A stretch of DNA of 64,000 bases from an uncultured Hyphomonadaceae bacterium (GTDB lineage Bacteria > Pseudomonadota > Alphaproteobacteria > Caulobacterales > Hyphomonadaceae): assembly GCA_964415675.1 (NCBI GenBank), contig CAYQBG010000001.1, forward strand, positions 3,359-67,358. Direction: 5' to 3'. Below the pieces are notes generated by a model. The model saw only the letters and a list, made by a program, of their open reading frames with translations, was not told the origin of the DNA and made no database searches. Position numbers and translations under genes: made by a program. This document shows positions 1 to 8,883 of the stretch, one piece after another (position 1 is the first letter of the stretch; each line of letters begins with the position of its first letter).

Positions 1-1
1 C

Positions 2-778
2 AAGCGTGAAACCTGTCACACATCAGGCGCGGCCTATATCCGTCCGCCAGAGGCATGCCGCTATTTCACCGAACCTGCGAGATGGGCGAGTTTCGGCGAC
101 AGCCACACGGTGGAACTGTCCTGGGCCCTGGCCCGCGCGCTGGAACCTCATGGCGTCGGGCTGCGTCATTACAGTTTCTCCTATTGCCGCCCGCGCCTCG
201 CCCAGCCACAGAATAACAGCAATTGTGCCCGATGGAGCCGTGACGCCGCAGCCTATATCGTTAGCCAGGACGATATAGACACCGTCATCGTCAGCTACAG
301 GATCCTTGATTATCTTCATGGCGATCACCGCCGCGCCTATCCGGGATTTGCTGATTCTCGCACCGAGACCGAAAAGGAACGCGCCTGGGCCTCCTATGTC
401 GCGGCGCTGGAGCATTTCCGCGCGGCGGGCAAACGCGTGGTCCTGGTCCTGTCTGTTCCCGAGCTCCCCGCGCCGGTGAGCTATGTCATGCGCCGCGAAC
501 CCGATGGCGAAGGGCGTATTCGCGGGATCCCGAGGCAATGGTGGGAGACGCGGACAGCCGAGCTCAAGACCCGGCTTGCAACGCTTCCCAGGGATATAAT
601 CATTGTCGATCCGACCGAGCTCTTCTGTGATGAGGTCAACTGTTTCGCGGCCGAAGGCGAGACCGCGCTTTATTTCGACCAGAACCATGCGAGCATCCAC
701 GGCATGGACCGGGTCGCAGCGGAAGTGCTGCGTGCAAGTCCACCCGACCAGGGCTTACATTCCGGCGCCGGCCCCTGA
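2..778 (+). CDS. C-terminal SGNH/GDSL-hydrolase domain of an acyltransferase-3 (OafA/YrhL-like) protein; 5' end lies outside the window
   Basis: Frame 2 is open from the window edge to the stop at 776-778. The translation contains FGDSH (nt 92-106, SGNH block I) and DQNH near the C-terminus (block V DxxH). The listed ORF 110..778 is only the part after an internal Met. Confidence 0.6.
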   Translation, partial: KRETCHTSGAAYIRPPEACRYFTEPARWASFGDSHTVELSWALARALEPHGVGLRHYSFSYCRPRLAQPQNNSNCARWSRDAAAYIVSQDDIDTVIVSYRILDYLHGDHRRAYPGFADSRTETEKERAWASYVAALEHFRAAGKRVVLVLSVPELPAPVSYVMRREPDGEGRIRGIPRQWWETRTAELKTRLATLPRDIIIVDPTELFCDEVNCFAAEGETALYFDQNHASIHGMDRVAAEVLRASPPDQGLHSGAGP

Positions 779-871
779 TTGCGAGCCGACCCTCGGTGCC
801 ACCGGCAGTCTTGCTCTTTATGCGCCTGCCCGAATGCGCTAGGCGGGCGGGTTCGAGATCAGAACCGATAA

Positions 872-2488
872 ATGAACGGGACCACCATGTCTGTCGAGGC
901 CAAAGCCGCCCGCCGGCGCACCTTTGCCATCATCTCCCATCCCGATGCCGGCAAGACGACGCTGACGGAGGCGCTGCTGCTGGCTGGCGGAGCAATTCGC
1001 CTGGCCGGACAGGTCGCTGCACGCGGCGAGCGCCGGCGCACCCAGTCTGACTGGATGAAGATCGAACGGGACCGGGGCATCTCGGTCGCCTCGTCCGTCA
1101 TGACATTCGAGTATGAGGGGCTTGTCTTCAACCTGCTCGATACGCCGGGTCACGAAGACTTCTCCGAAGATACCTATCGTACGCTGACCGCCGCAGACAG
1201 CGCGATCATGGTGCTCGATGCCGCCAAGGGGATCGAGCCGCAGACCCTGAAACTGTTCGAAGTCTGCCGGATGCGGGACATCCCGATCGTGACTTTCGTC
1301 AACAAGATGGACCGCGAGGCGCTCGACCCGTTCGAACTGCTCGACGAGATCGCAGACAAGCTACAGCTCGACACCGCACCGCTCTACTGGCCCGCCGCCA
1401 GCGGCAACCGCTTCTCCGGAATGCTCGATCTGCGGACCCATGAATTCTGCGTCTACCAGAAACTGACCGCCAACGAAGATCTTACGCCCGGCCCGGCCGA
1501 GCGTGTGCCCGGTTCCGGCAATTCCATGGCCTCATTTATGGATGACGCTGTTCAGGATGAGCTCTCCGAGGGCGCCGAACTGGCGCGCGAGGCTCTGCCG
1601 GACTTTGACGAGTCATCATTTCTTGAAGGGCATATGACACCGGTGATATTCGGATCCGCCCTGCGTCACTTTGGTGTTGGAGAACTGCTCGGCGCACTGG
1701 CGGAATTCGCGCCCGGACCGCGGATGCAGAAGGCCGAGAAAGCCGGCAAACCGGTAGAACTTGAACCGGGCGGAAAAGACGTTGCCGGTTTCATCTTCAA
1801 GATTCAGGCGAACATGGACCCCAATCATCGTGACCGGATTGCCTTTCTGCGCATGTGTTCGGGCGAGTTCAAACGCGGCATGCGTCTCAAGACGACTGAG
1901 GGCAAGCAGGTGAATGTCCACAATCCCCTGATGTTCATGGCCCAGGATCGCGAGATCATGGAAAACGCCTATGCCGGCGACGTGATCGGCGTTCCCAATC
2001 ACGGCGCCCTTCGGGTGGGTGACAGTCTTTCCGAGAGCGGAAATATCCGATTTGCGGGGATTCCGAATTTCGCGCCGGAAATCCTGCGTCGTGCGCGGAT
2101 CAAGGATCCGATGAAGCAAAAACACCTGCGCAAGGCGCTTGAAAGCCTGGCTGAGGAAGGTGTGACACAGCTTTTTCGTCCGCAAATCGGCTCGGACATG
2201 ATCGTCGGTGCTGTTGGCCAGTTGCAGTTCGAAGTCATGGTCGAAAGGCTGGCCGCAGAATACAATCTGGAGGTCGGGTTCGAGACCGCACCCTATAATG
2301 TGGCTCGCTGGATCGCCTCCGATGATGCACGAACCATCGAGCTGTTTATGGATAAGAACAAGTCCTCATCCGGCTTCGACCTTGACGATTCACCTGTCTA
2401 TCTTGCCAAGAATGCCTGGGATGTCGGCTACGCGCAGGAAAAGAATCCGGACATCCGCTTTTCTGCCACAAAGGAACGCACGTTCTGA
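872..2488 (+). CDS. prfC: Peptide chain release factor 3 (translational GTPase)
   Basis: 538-aa ORF with RRRTFAIISHPDAGKTTLTE (G1), DTPGHEDF (G3) and NKMD (G4). Length is typical of RF3. The start may be the internal ATG at 887. Confidence 0.95.
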   Translation: MNGTTMSVEAKAARRRTFAIISHPDAGKTTLTEALLLAGGAIRLAGQVAARGERRRTQSDWMKIERDRGISVASSVMTFEYEGLVFNLLDTPGHEDFSEDTYRTLTAADSAIMVLDAAKGIEPQTLKLFEVCRMRDIPIVTFVNKMDREALDPFELLDEIADKLQLDTAPLYWPAASGNRFSGMLDLRTHEFCVYQKLTANEDLTPGPAERVPGSGNSMASFMDDAVQDELSEGAELAREALPDFDESSFLEGHMTPVIFGSALRHFGVGELLGALAEFAPGPRMQKAEKAGKPVELEPGGKDVAGFIFKIQANMDPNHRDRIAFLRMCSGEFKRGMRLKTTEGKQVNVHNPLMFMAQDREIMENAYAGDVIGVPNHGALRVGDSLSESGNIRFAGIPNFAPEILRRARIKDPMKQKHLRKALESLAEEGVTQLFRPQIGSDMIVGAVGQLQFEVMVERLAAEYNLEVGFETAPYNVARWIASDDARTIELFMDKNKSSSGFDLDDSPVYLAKNAWDVGYAQEKNPDIRFSATKERTF

Positions 2489-2517
2489 TCAGAACGGTCT
2501 TGAGGAGGGGATCCGAC

Positions 2518-3783
2518 ATGGAAGACGAAACAAGTAACGCAGTCGCAGCTTTGCCCGCATGGGCCCGGGACAACCTGCCCGACTGGGTCCTGAACGGCTG
2601 GACCTATCTGGCCGGGATCTGGGATCGCGGTGCGCTCGGTCTCACCTATGGCGAGATTACAATGGTTGTCGGGATCCTGTTACTTTCCCTCCTGATCCGG
2701 GGGATTTTCGCCCGCACCGTCGTCCGCTTCATCACGCGCGCCGCAGCCGGAACAGAAACCAATATTGATGATGCTCTGGTCAAGATCATCTCGACGCCGC
2801 TCAAACTCGTGCCGCTCATTCTCGGCGTGTATTTTGCGCTTCAGGTGGTCGATATCGGACCCGACACAGAGGAAATCGCCAACAAGGTCGTCCAGTCTTT
2901 CATAGCACTTGCCGTGTTCTGGACACTGTCGCGCGCGGTCAATGCCTTCGAATTCGTCTTCACCTCGCTGCGAGACACGCTGACGCCGGCCATCGTCGAC
3001 TGGATGCTCAAGGCCCTTCAGATTGCTTTGATCATCCTCGGTTTCGGAGCCGTCGCGGAAATCTGGGGTATTGCCATCGCGCCGCTGATTGCCGGCCTTG
3101 GCATATTCGGGATCGCAGTCGGGCTGGGCGCGCAGGACCTGTTCAAAAATCTCATTTCCGGCATTCTTATCCTCACAGAGAAGCGCTTTGTTCCCGGCGA
3201 ATGGATTCAGGCCGAAGGCGTCTGCGAGGGTACGGTCGAAAAGATCAATTTCCGCTCGACGCTGATCCGCCGTTTTGATCGCAGCCCGATGTATGTGCCC
3301 AATTCCTTTCTCTCGGACGGGGCCGTTACCAATTTCTCGCGCATGACCCATCGTCGGATTAAATGGGTGGTCGGAGTGGAATACCGCACAACGGTCGACC
3401 AGCTGAAATACATCCGCGACGAAATCGAGGCCTGGATCTGGAATGATGAGCGGTTCGCTCAACCCCCGGAGGCATCCCTTTTTGTGCGCATCGACAGTTT
3501 CAACGCCTCATCGATCGATTTCATGATCTACTGCTTCACCCATACCCGTAACTGGGGAGAGTGGCTGAAGGTCAAGGAGGAGCTGGCCGTGGCGGTCATG
3601 GACATCATCGCTGCAGCCGGCACAAGCTTCGCCTTCCCAAGCCGGACCATCTATATGCAACAGCAGGACGCGCCGGAAATCATGGCGCCCCCGGCCCGCA
3701 GCATCGGAGTGGAAAGGGCGCGCCAGGAAATGGCGGAAGCCGAAAAAGTTGGCGGGATGCGCGGCAGCGAGGACGACGGCTAG
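2518..3783 (+). CDS. Mechanosensitive ion channel, MscS family
   Basis: Several hydrophobic helices are followed by an MscS-type beta domain (GTVEKINFRSTLIRRFDRSPMYVPNS). I chose ATG 2518 because GGAGG lies about 8 nt upstream; the listed ORF begins at TTG 2500. Confidence 0.85.
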   Translation: MEDETSNAVAALPAWARDNLPDWVLNGWTYLAGIWDRGALGLTYGEITMVVGILLLSLLIRGIFARTVVRFITRAAAGTETNIDDALVKIISTPLKLVPLILGVYFALQVVDIGPDTEEIANKVVQSFIALAVFWTLSRAVNAFEFVFTSLRDTLTPAIVDWMLKALQIALIILGFGAVAEIWGIAIAPLIAGLGIFGIAVGLGAQDLFKNLISGILILTEKRFVPGEWIQAEGVCEGTVEKINFRSTLIRRFDRSPMYVPNSFLSDGAVTNFSRMTHRRIKWVVGVEYRTTVDQLKYIRDEIEAWIWNDERFAQPPEASLFVRIDSFNASSIDFMIYCFTHTRNWGEWLKVKEELAVAVMDIIAAAGTSFAFPSRTIYMQQQDAPEIMAPPARSIGVERARQEMAEAEKVGGMRGSEDDG

Positions 3784-3810
3784 GAAGCACTTTTACCTAC
3801 CGCGCGCAGG

Positions 3811-4503
3811 CTATTCGTCTGGAAAGGTCCGCGGCGGTCGGGTGGCTGCGGGCCGCCGGTCGCCGGAGTTGGGATAATATTCCGACTTAGACGTTTCGGA
3901 ACCTGATCCGACGATTCGCGCGCGCGCCTGCGGGATGTCTGCATTGGCCGAGCTGGCCGCATTCGAAACCCTTTCGACACCCGGATAATAGCCTGACGGG
4001 CCTTCTGGCTGACCCTTCGACTGTTCCGGGTAATATTCCGATCTGGCCGACGATTCGCCCTGCCCTTGTCCGCTGAGTTCCGGCACGCTAACGCCCCGGC
4101 TGACAGGCTGGTAGCTGGTATTGCGCGCGGCAGGCCTTGCTGGGCGAGCGTGCGTCTGAACGGCTGGGCTTGTTGAGGGTTCGACCGCCGGTACGACGCG
4201 CCGCGCACCTTCGCGGAGCGTTCGGGGTGACAGGCCGGACACCATGTCAGGGCGCGCGATCAGCCGTCCTGGTGATCCTTTCAGCTCACAAGCCGGACTG
4301 TGGCCGAGAATGTCAGCATAACTCCAGGCCTGGCAGCGCGTGTCTGCTTCGCAGCGCATCGCACAGCTCGTGGCCGCTCCTGCATCGACCCAGAGATAGG
4401 TCCCACCGAGGCGATAGGTGCCTTCCTGCGCCATACCATAGGGCTGGGCCGCCGCAGGATGCACGATGACCAGGACAGATACCGCAAAGAGCCAGTTTCG
4501 CAT
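3811..4503 (-). CDS. Secreted PAN/Apple-like domain protein with a Pro/Ser/Arg-rich C-terminal tail bearing three YYP repeats
   Basis: Signal-peptide-like N-terminus MRNWLFAVSVLVIVHPAAAQ. Four-Cys block SCAMRCEADTRCQAWSY...PACELK. Repeats SEYYPEQS / SGYYPGVE / SEYYPNSG. ATG 4503 has GGGAG 8 nt upstream; the listed ORF starts at TTG 4524. Confidence 0.55.
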   Translation of the reverse strand: MRNWLFAVSVLVIVHPAAAQPYGMAQEGTYRLGGTYLWVDAGAATSCAMRCEADTRCQAWSYADILGHSPACELKGSPGRLIARPDMVSGLSPRTLREGARRVVPAVEPSTSPAVQTHARPARPAARNTSYQPVSRGVSVPELSGQGQGESSARSEYYPEQSKGQPEGPSGYYPGVERVSNAASSANADIPQARARIVGSGSETSKSEYYPNSGDRRPAATRPPRTFPDE

Positions 4504-4539
4504 GGCATAAACTCCCGTGAACAACGGAGCTTATGCCAT
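4502..4539 (-). promoter_or_regulatory. Stem-loop (about 16 bp, one bulge) that pairs the SD and start codon of the PAN-domain gene; could also act as a uup terminator
   Basis: The minus-strand RNA AUGGCAUAAGCUCCGU-UGUUC-ACGGGAGUUUAUGCCAU has perfect 9-bp outer arms plus 7 inner pairs. GGGAG and the AU of the AUG lie in the 3' arm. The stem-loop starts 32 nt after the uup stop. Confidence 0.45.
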
Positions 4540-4570
4540 CTCGACTTTAACAAAGGCTTTGCCGGCGACA

Positions 4571-6394
4571 TCAGCTTTCCAGCGCTTCGCGCCGTTCCTC
4601 GATCTCAAGCCATTCGTCTTCCAGCGTCCCGACATCAGATTTCATTCGGTCCAGCCTGGCTGCCTTGGCTTTGAAGGCTTCGGGATCGCGCGAATAGGCG
4701 TCCGGGTCAGCAATCTCGGCCTCAAGTGCTGCAATCTGCCCCTGCAATTCGGGCAGCGCCTCCTCGATTTCCTTCAGGCGATGCGTGTCTTTGAAGGACA
4801 GCTTTCGCGCCGGCGCAGAAGGCTTCGGCCGGGCCGGCCTGGGCCGTTTGCGAGCCTTGTCACCTGGCTTTGCGGGCGCCTCTCCAAGACCCGGGACCTG
4901 ATCGACCGCATCACTCCAGCCACCGGCAGTCTGTACCCAGCGGCCGTCGCCAAGCGGCACAAGGCAAGAGGTCACGGTCGCATCCAGAAAAGCCCGGTCA
5001 TGGCTCACCAGAAGGAGTGTGCCCTCATAGCCCGCGAGCATGTCCTCAAGCATGTCGAGCGTCTGCATGTCGAGATCGTTTGTCGGCTCGTCGAGGACAA
5101 GCAGATCAGAGGACTGGGCGAGTGCGACAGCCAGGGTCAGACGGTTACGTTCGCCGCCTGAGAGTGCAGCTACTGGCTGGTGCAACTGAGTGGGATCGAA
5201 CAGGAACTGTTTCGCATAACCCGCAACATGGCGCGGACGCCCCTGCACCATGATCGTGTCGCCTCCATTTGGCGCGAGTGTCTCCCAGAGGGTGTCTTTC
5301 GGGCGCAGACTGTCGCGCGTTTGATCAAGATAGGCGATCTTCAACGCCTTGGAGACACGCACGCGCCCCTCATCAGGTACTATCTGCCCCAGTAGAATCC
5401 TGAGCAGCGTCGTCTTCCCGATCCCGTTCGGACCGACAAAGCCGACCCGATCCCCGCGAAGCACCAGTGTGTTGAGATCAAGGCAAATCGTGATTTCGCT
5501 ACCCTCGCGCTCAAAACTCTTTGACACGCCCTTGGCTTCGACCACCTTCTTGGAAAGACTCTCGCCAGCCGAAGCGGACATGTCTGCGCCGGCACGGATG
5601 CCCATTAGCGCGGCGCGGCGCTCGGCATGGTCACGGCGCATCTGTTTAAGCCGTTCCAGCCGGCCCTGGTTGCGCTTTCGCCGGCCGGTCACGCCCCGGG
5701 CCAGCCAGCGCTTTTCATCCTTCAGCTGGGTCTGTATCCTGCTCAGCGCTCTGGCCTCTTCTTCCTCGACTTTCTCGGCCCAGTCCTCGAAATCTCTATA
5801 GCCAGACGGGCTCTTGAGCACTTTTCCCTGTCTCAGCCAGAGCGTATTCGTCGAAACATTCTCCAAGAAGCGTCTGTCATGGCTGACGATCAGAATCGCG
5901 CCGCTGAACCCCCGCAGGCGCGTTTCCAGCGTTTCGATTGCGTGGACATCCAGATGGTTTGTCGGCTCATCCATCAGGAGAACATCCGGGTCGCAGGCAA
6001 AACCGCGCGCGATTGCAGCGCGCCGCTGCTGGCCACCAGAAAGCGTGTTGGGATCGGATTTGGGGTCGAGCCCGGCTTCCGTCAGTTCTGCTTCTGCCCG
6101 GTGGACGTCTTCGATCCCTTCCGCAACGAAATCGAGAAGCGTAGCATAGCGGGAAAACTCAGGCTCCTGGGCGACAAAGGCGATCACGCTTCCGGGCTGC
6201 AACCAGATATCGCCCTCGTCAGGCTCGATGATTCGAGCGACGAGCTTCATCAGCGTTGACTTGCCCGCGCCATTGCGACCGACCAGGGCGGCACGCTCAC
6301 CCCTGGAGATCGCAAGCTCGACGCCCTCGAACAGCGGCTTGCCGCCGAAGCCGAGTTCGATAGCGGAAAGGGTCAGAAGTGGGGGACGTGCCAT
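4571..6394 (-). CDS. uup: ABC-F family ATPase (Uup-like, two ABC domains, no transmembrane domain)
   Basis: Two Walker A motifs (GRNGAGKST, GPNGIGKTT), two ABC signatures (LSGGQQRR, LSGGERNR), a charged linker and a C-terminal coiled-coil-like tail. Confidence 0.88.
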   Translation of the reverse strand: MARPPLLTLSAIELGFGGKPLFEGVELAISRGERAALVGRNGAGKSTLMKLVARIIEPDEGDIWLQPGSVIAFVAQEPEFSRYATLLDFVAEGIEDVHRAEAELTEAGLDPKSDPNTLSGGQQRRAAIARGFACDPDVLLMDEPTNHLDVHAIETLETRLRGFSGAILIVSHDRRFLENVSTNTLWLRQGKVLKSPSGYRDFEDWAEKVEEEEARALSRIQTQLKDEKRWLARGVTGRRKRNQGRLERLKQMRRDHAERRAALMGIRAGADMSASAGESLSKKVVEAKGVSKSFEREGSEITICLDLNTLVLRGDRVGFVGPNGIGKTTLLRILLGQIVPDEGRVRVSKALKIAYLDQTRDSLRPKDTLWETLAPNGGDTIMVQGRPRHVAGYAKQFLFDPTQLHQPVAALSGGERNRLTLAVALAQSSDLLVLDEPTNDLDMQTLDMLEDMLAGYEGTLLLVSHDRAFLDATVTSCLVPLGDGRWVQTAGGWSDAVDQVPGLGEAPAKPGDKARKRPRPARPKPSAPARKLSFKDTHRLKEIEEALPELQGQIAALEAEIADPDAYSRDPEAFKAKAARLDRMKSDVGTLEDEWLEIEERREALES

Positions 6395-6485
6395 GATTGC
6401 CCCGTGATGTCGGGCATTCCGGCGACGGGATCAATCCCCAATAATGTTGTCCATCCGATGCGCGCCGGGCCAGAGCGGTTTCAGC

Positions 6486-7334
6486 TTAGTCCGCGACAGG
6501 CTTTGAACCGATTGTCGTGCGGTGAAGCAGGCGGGCGTAGCCCTGATAGCCGCCTGTCGCCATATGAAGCAGAGAGCGATTATCCCACATCAGCAACGTA
6601 CCTTCAGCCCATTTGTGCCGGTACTGAAATTCCGGCCGGGTCTGCCAGCGATACATCTCGCCAAGCAGTTCAGCCCCCTCCTCCTCCGGCAGGCCATCAA
6701 TGGCGATGATATATCCAGCCGTTGAGAACAGGCCTTCTCGGCCGGTTTCCGGGTGACGGCGGATTATCGGGTGTAACTGGGTGGCGAGCGCGTCGTGTGA
6801 TGGGCGGATATCCATCGAACGCCCTTCATCGTTATCTCCATAGAGGCCCTCACGTGCATAGCCACCCCGCGCAGAGTGGATCGCGAGCCTCCCCTCAAGC
6901 CGGGCCCTGAGCTGAGCGGGCATCTCGTCCAGCGCCTTGTGCTGGTTGGCAAACAGGGTGTCACCGCCGACCGGCGGTATGGTGAGGCTGTAAAGACATG
7001 TGCCCGCTGGTGGGTTTGCCTGGAAGCTCCAGTCGCTGTGCCAGGTTTCAGCAAAGATCGGACCGGTTTCGTCAGCCTCGCGTTTTACAGCGATGATATG
7101 ATCGCGTCCTGGGATCGGAGCGATATAGGGATCCTCCCCGAACGGTCCGAAATACAGGGTAAAGCGTTCCAGGTCGTCATCACTGAGCGACTGGTCGGGA
7201 AAGGCCAGCACATGATGTTCCAGCCAGGCCGAACGGATCGCGGCAACAGTGTCGTCATCAAGCGGTCGGGACAGGTCGATGCCTTGCAGGCTCGCGCCGC
7301 AGGCTTGTCCACTGGGAATAATATTCAGAGCCAT
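6486..7334 (-). CDS. TauD/TfdA-family Fe(II)/2-oxoglutarate-dependent dioxygenase
   Basis: 282 aa with WHSDWSF (HxD iron ligands) and a C-terminal RLLHRTT motif typical of taurine-dioxygenase-like enzymes. Confidence 0.85.
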   Translation of the reverse strand: MALNIIPSGQACGASLQGIDLSRPLDDDTVAAIRSAWLEHHVLAFPDQSLSDDDLERFTLYFGPFGEDPYIAPIPGRDHIIAVKREADETGPIFAETWHSDWSFQANPPAGTCLYSLTIPPVGGDTLFANQHKALDEMPAQLRARLEGRLAIHSARGGYAREGLYGDNDEGRSMDIRPSHDALATQLHPIIRRHPETGREGLFSTAGYIIAIDGLPEEEGAELLGEMYRWQTRPEFQYRHKWAEGTLLMWDNRSLLHMATGGYQGYARLLHRTTIGSKPVAD

Positions 7335-7390
7335 TTGTCATTTCCTCCTTCATGGAGGATAGCGCAGCCGCGTTCAAAATGCAGGCCCCG

Positions 7391-8824
7391 TCAGATCCGC
7401 ACAGTTCCCTGCACGCGCCGGCCATTGCGCTCCAGTTCGATCCGCCAGATATCGCCGCCCGCAGAGAGGACCGCGCTGAGCGCCTCCATCGTGTCGGTTC
7501 GCTCGCCATTCACTGTCACGATGATGTCGCCCGGCCGGAGTATCCGGCGCGCATAGGCCCCGCGCAGGATGCGGGTCACGAGCACGCCCGTATCGAATGG
7601 ATCGCGTCCGATTTCCTCTGCAAGGCGGGGCGACAATTCGGCAACCTCGGCGCCACTGAACGGGTGGCGCCCCTGCAGCAGCTGGCGGTCGGCCTCGGTT
7701 GCCCCGGGCGGTGGCGCAAGTTTGATGCGAAGTGATCGGCTCTTGCCACTGCGCAAGACCTCAAGCCTTGCCCGCTCTCCGGGTGAGCGGGTCGCGGCAA
7801 GAAATTTCAGGCCACGTTCGTCAAACACTTCACGACCGTCGATGGACACAATCAGGTCGCCACGCCGAAGACCAGCCTGATCGGCCGGACCGTCTTCATA
7901 GACTTCGGTGACGATCACGCCGACAGGTCGCTCAAGACCCTGCGTCCTGGCTATGTCATAACTGACCGACTGGCCCTTCAGGCCCAGCCAGGGGCGCACG
8001 ATCATGCCCTCATTGATGGCCGCATCGACCACTCGCCTGACCATTTCCGCCGGAATCGCAAACCCGATCCCGTTTGACCCGCCCGAACGGGAAAATATCG
8101 CCGTATTCACACCCACAAGTTCACCGGCCGTGTTGACCAGCGCACCACCGGAATTTCCGGGGTTCACGGCCGCGTCGGTCTGTAGAAAGAAGGCATAATC
8201 AGATACGCCGACATCTGTGCGCGCTGTCGCCGAAATGATGCCGCTGGTGACCGTCTGGCCCACTCCGAAAGGATTTCCGATGGCCAGGACAAGATCGCCG
8301 ACCTCAAGATCTCGCGTATCAGCAAATTCCAGCACAGGAAGCGGCTCGCCGCCCGTATCAATCTTCAGCACGGCAAGGTCAGTGCGCTCATCGGCGAGGA
8401 CCAGCTCGGCAGCGTATTCGCGGCGGTCGCTGAGCACGACTTTCAATTCATCGGCCCCGTCTATGACGTGATTATTGGTCACGATCACACCTTCCTCACC
8501 AACGATCACACCGGAGCCAAGAGAGTTTTGAACATTCTCTCGCGGCATGCCGAAGAATTCGCGGAAGACCGGATCGCGCGCGAAGGGCGAGGAAAACTCC
8601 TGAACGACCTTTCGCGTGTAAACATTTACCACAGCCGGCGAGGCGCGCCGGACAAGCGGGGCAAAGCTGAGATCGATCTCAGCCTGTGAGGCCGGCAGGC
8701 GCTCCGGCTGCGCCCTGGCGGTGAAAAGCGGCAGGAAGAGGATGATGAGTAGCAGCACCAGTGCGGCGGCGCTGGCGAAGAAGAATTTCGAGACGTGGCG
8801 TGTCATGGCAACGGGCTTAGTCAT
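7391..8824 (-). CDS. Periplasmic serine endoprotease, DegP/DegQ (HtrA, Do) family
   Basis: N-terminal signal/TM segment, trypsin-like core with TNNHV, DLAVLK and NPGNSGGALVN (catalytic Ser), followed by two PDZ-like regions. Confidence 0.9.
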   Translation of the reverse strand: MTKPVAMTRHVSKFFFASAAALVLLLIILFLPLFTARAQPERLPASQAEIDLSFAPLVRRASPAVVNVYTRKVVQEFSSPFARDPVFREFFGMPRENVQNSLGSGVIVGEEGVIVTNNHVIDGADELKVVLSDRREYAAELVLADERTDLAVLKIDTGGEPLPVLEFADTRDLEVGDLVLAIGNPFGVGQTVTSGIISATARTDVGVSDYAFFLQTDAAVNPGNSGGALVNTAGELVGVNTAIFSRSGGSNGIGFAIPAEMVRRVVDAAINEGMIVRPWLGLKGQSVSYDIARTQGLERPVGVIVTEVYEDGPADQAGLRRGDLIVSIDGREVFDERGLKFLAATRSPGERARLEVLRSGKSRSLRIKLAPPPGATEADRQLLQGRHPFSGAEVAELSPRLAEEIGRDPFDTGVLVTRILRGAYARRILRPGDIIVTVNGERTDTMEALSAVLSAGGDIWRIELERNGRRVQGTVRI

Positions 8825-8883
8825 GATTCATGGCTCTAGTGCGGCGAAAGCCGCGCTTCAATCGGTCGAATGTGACATTTGCG

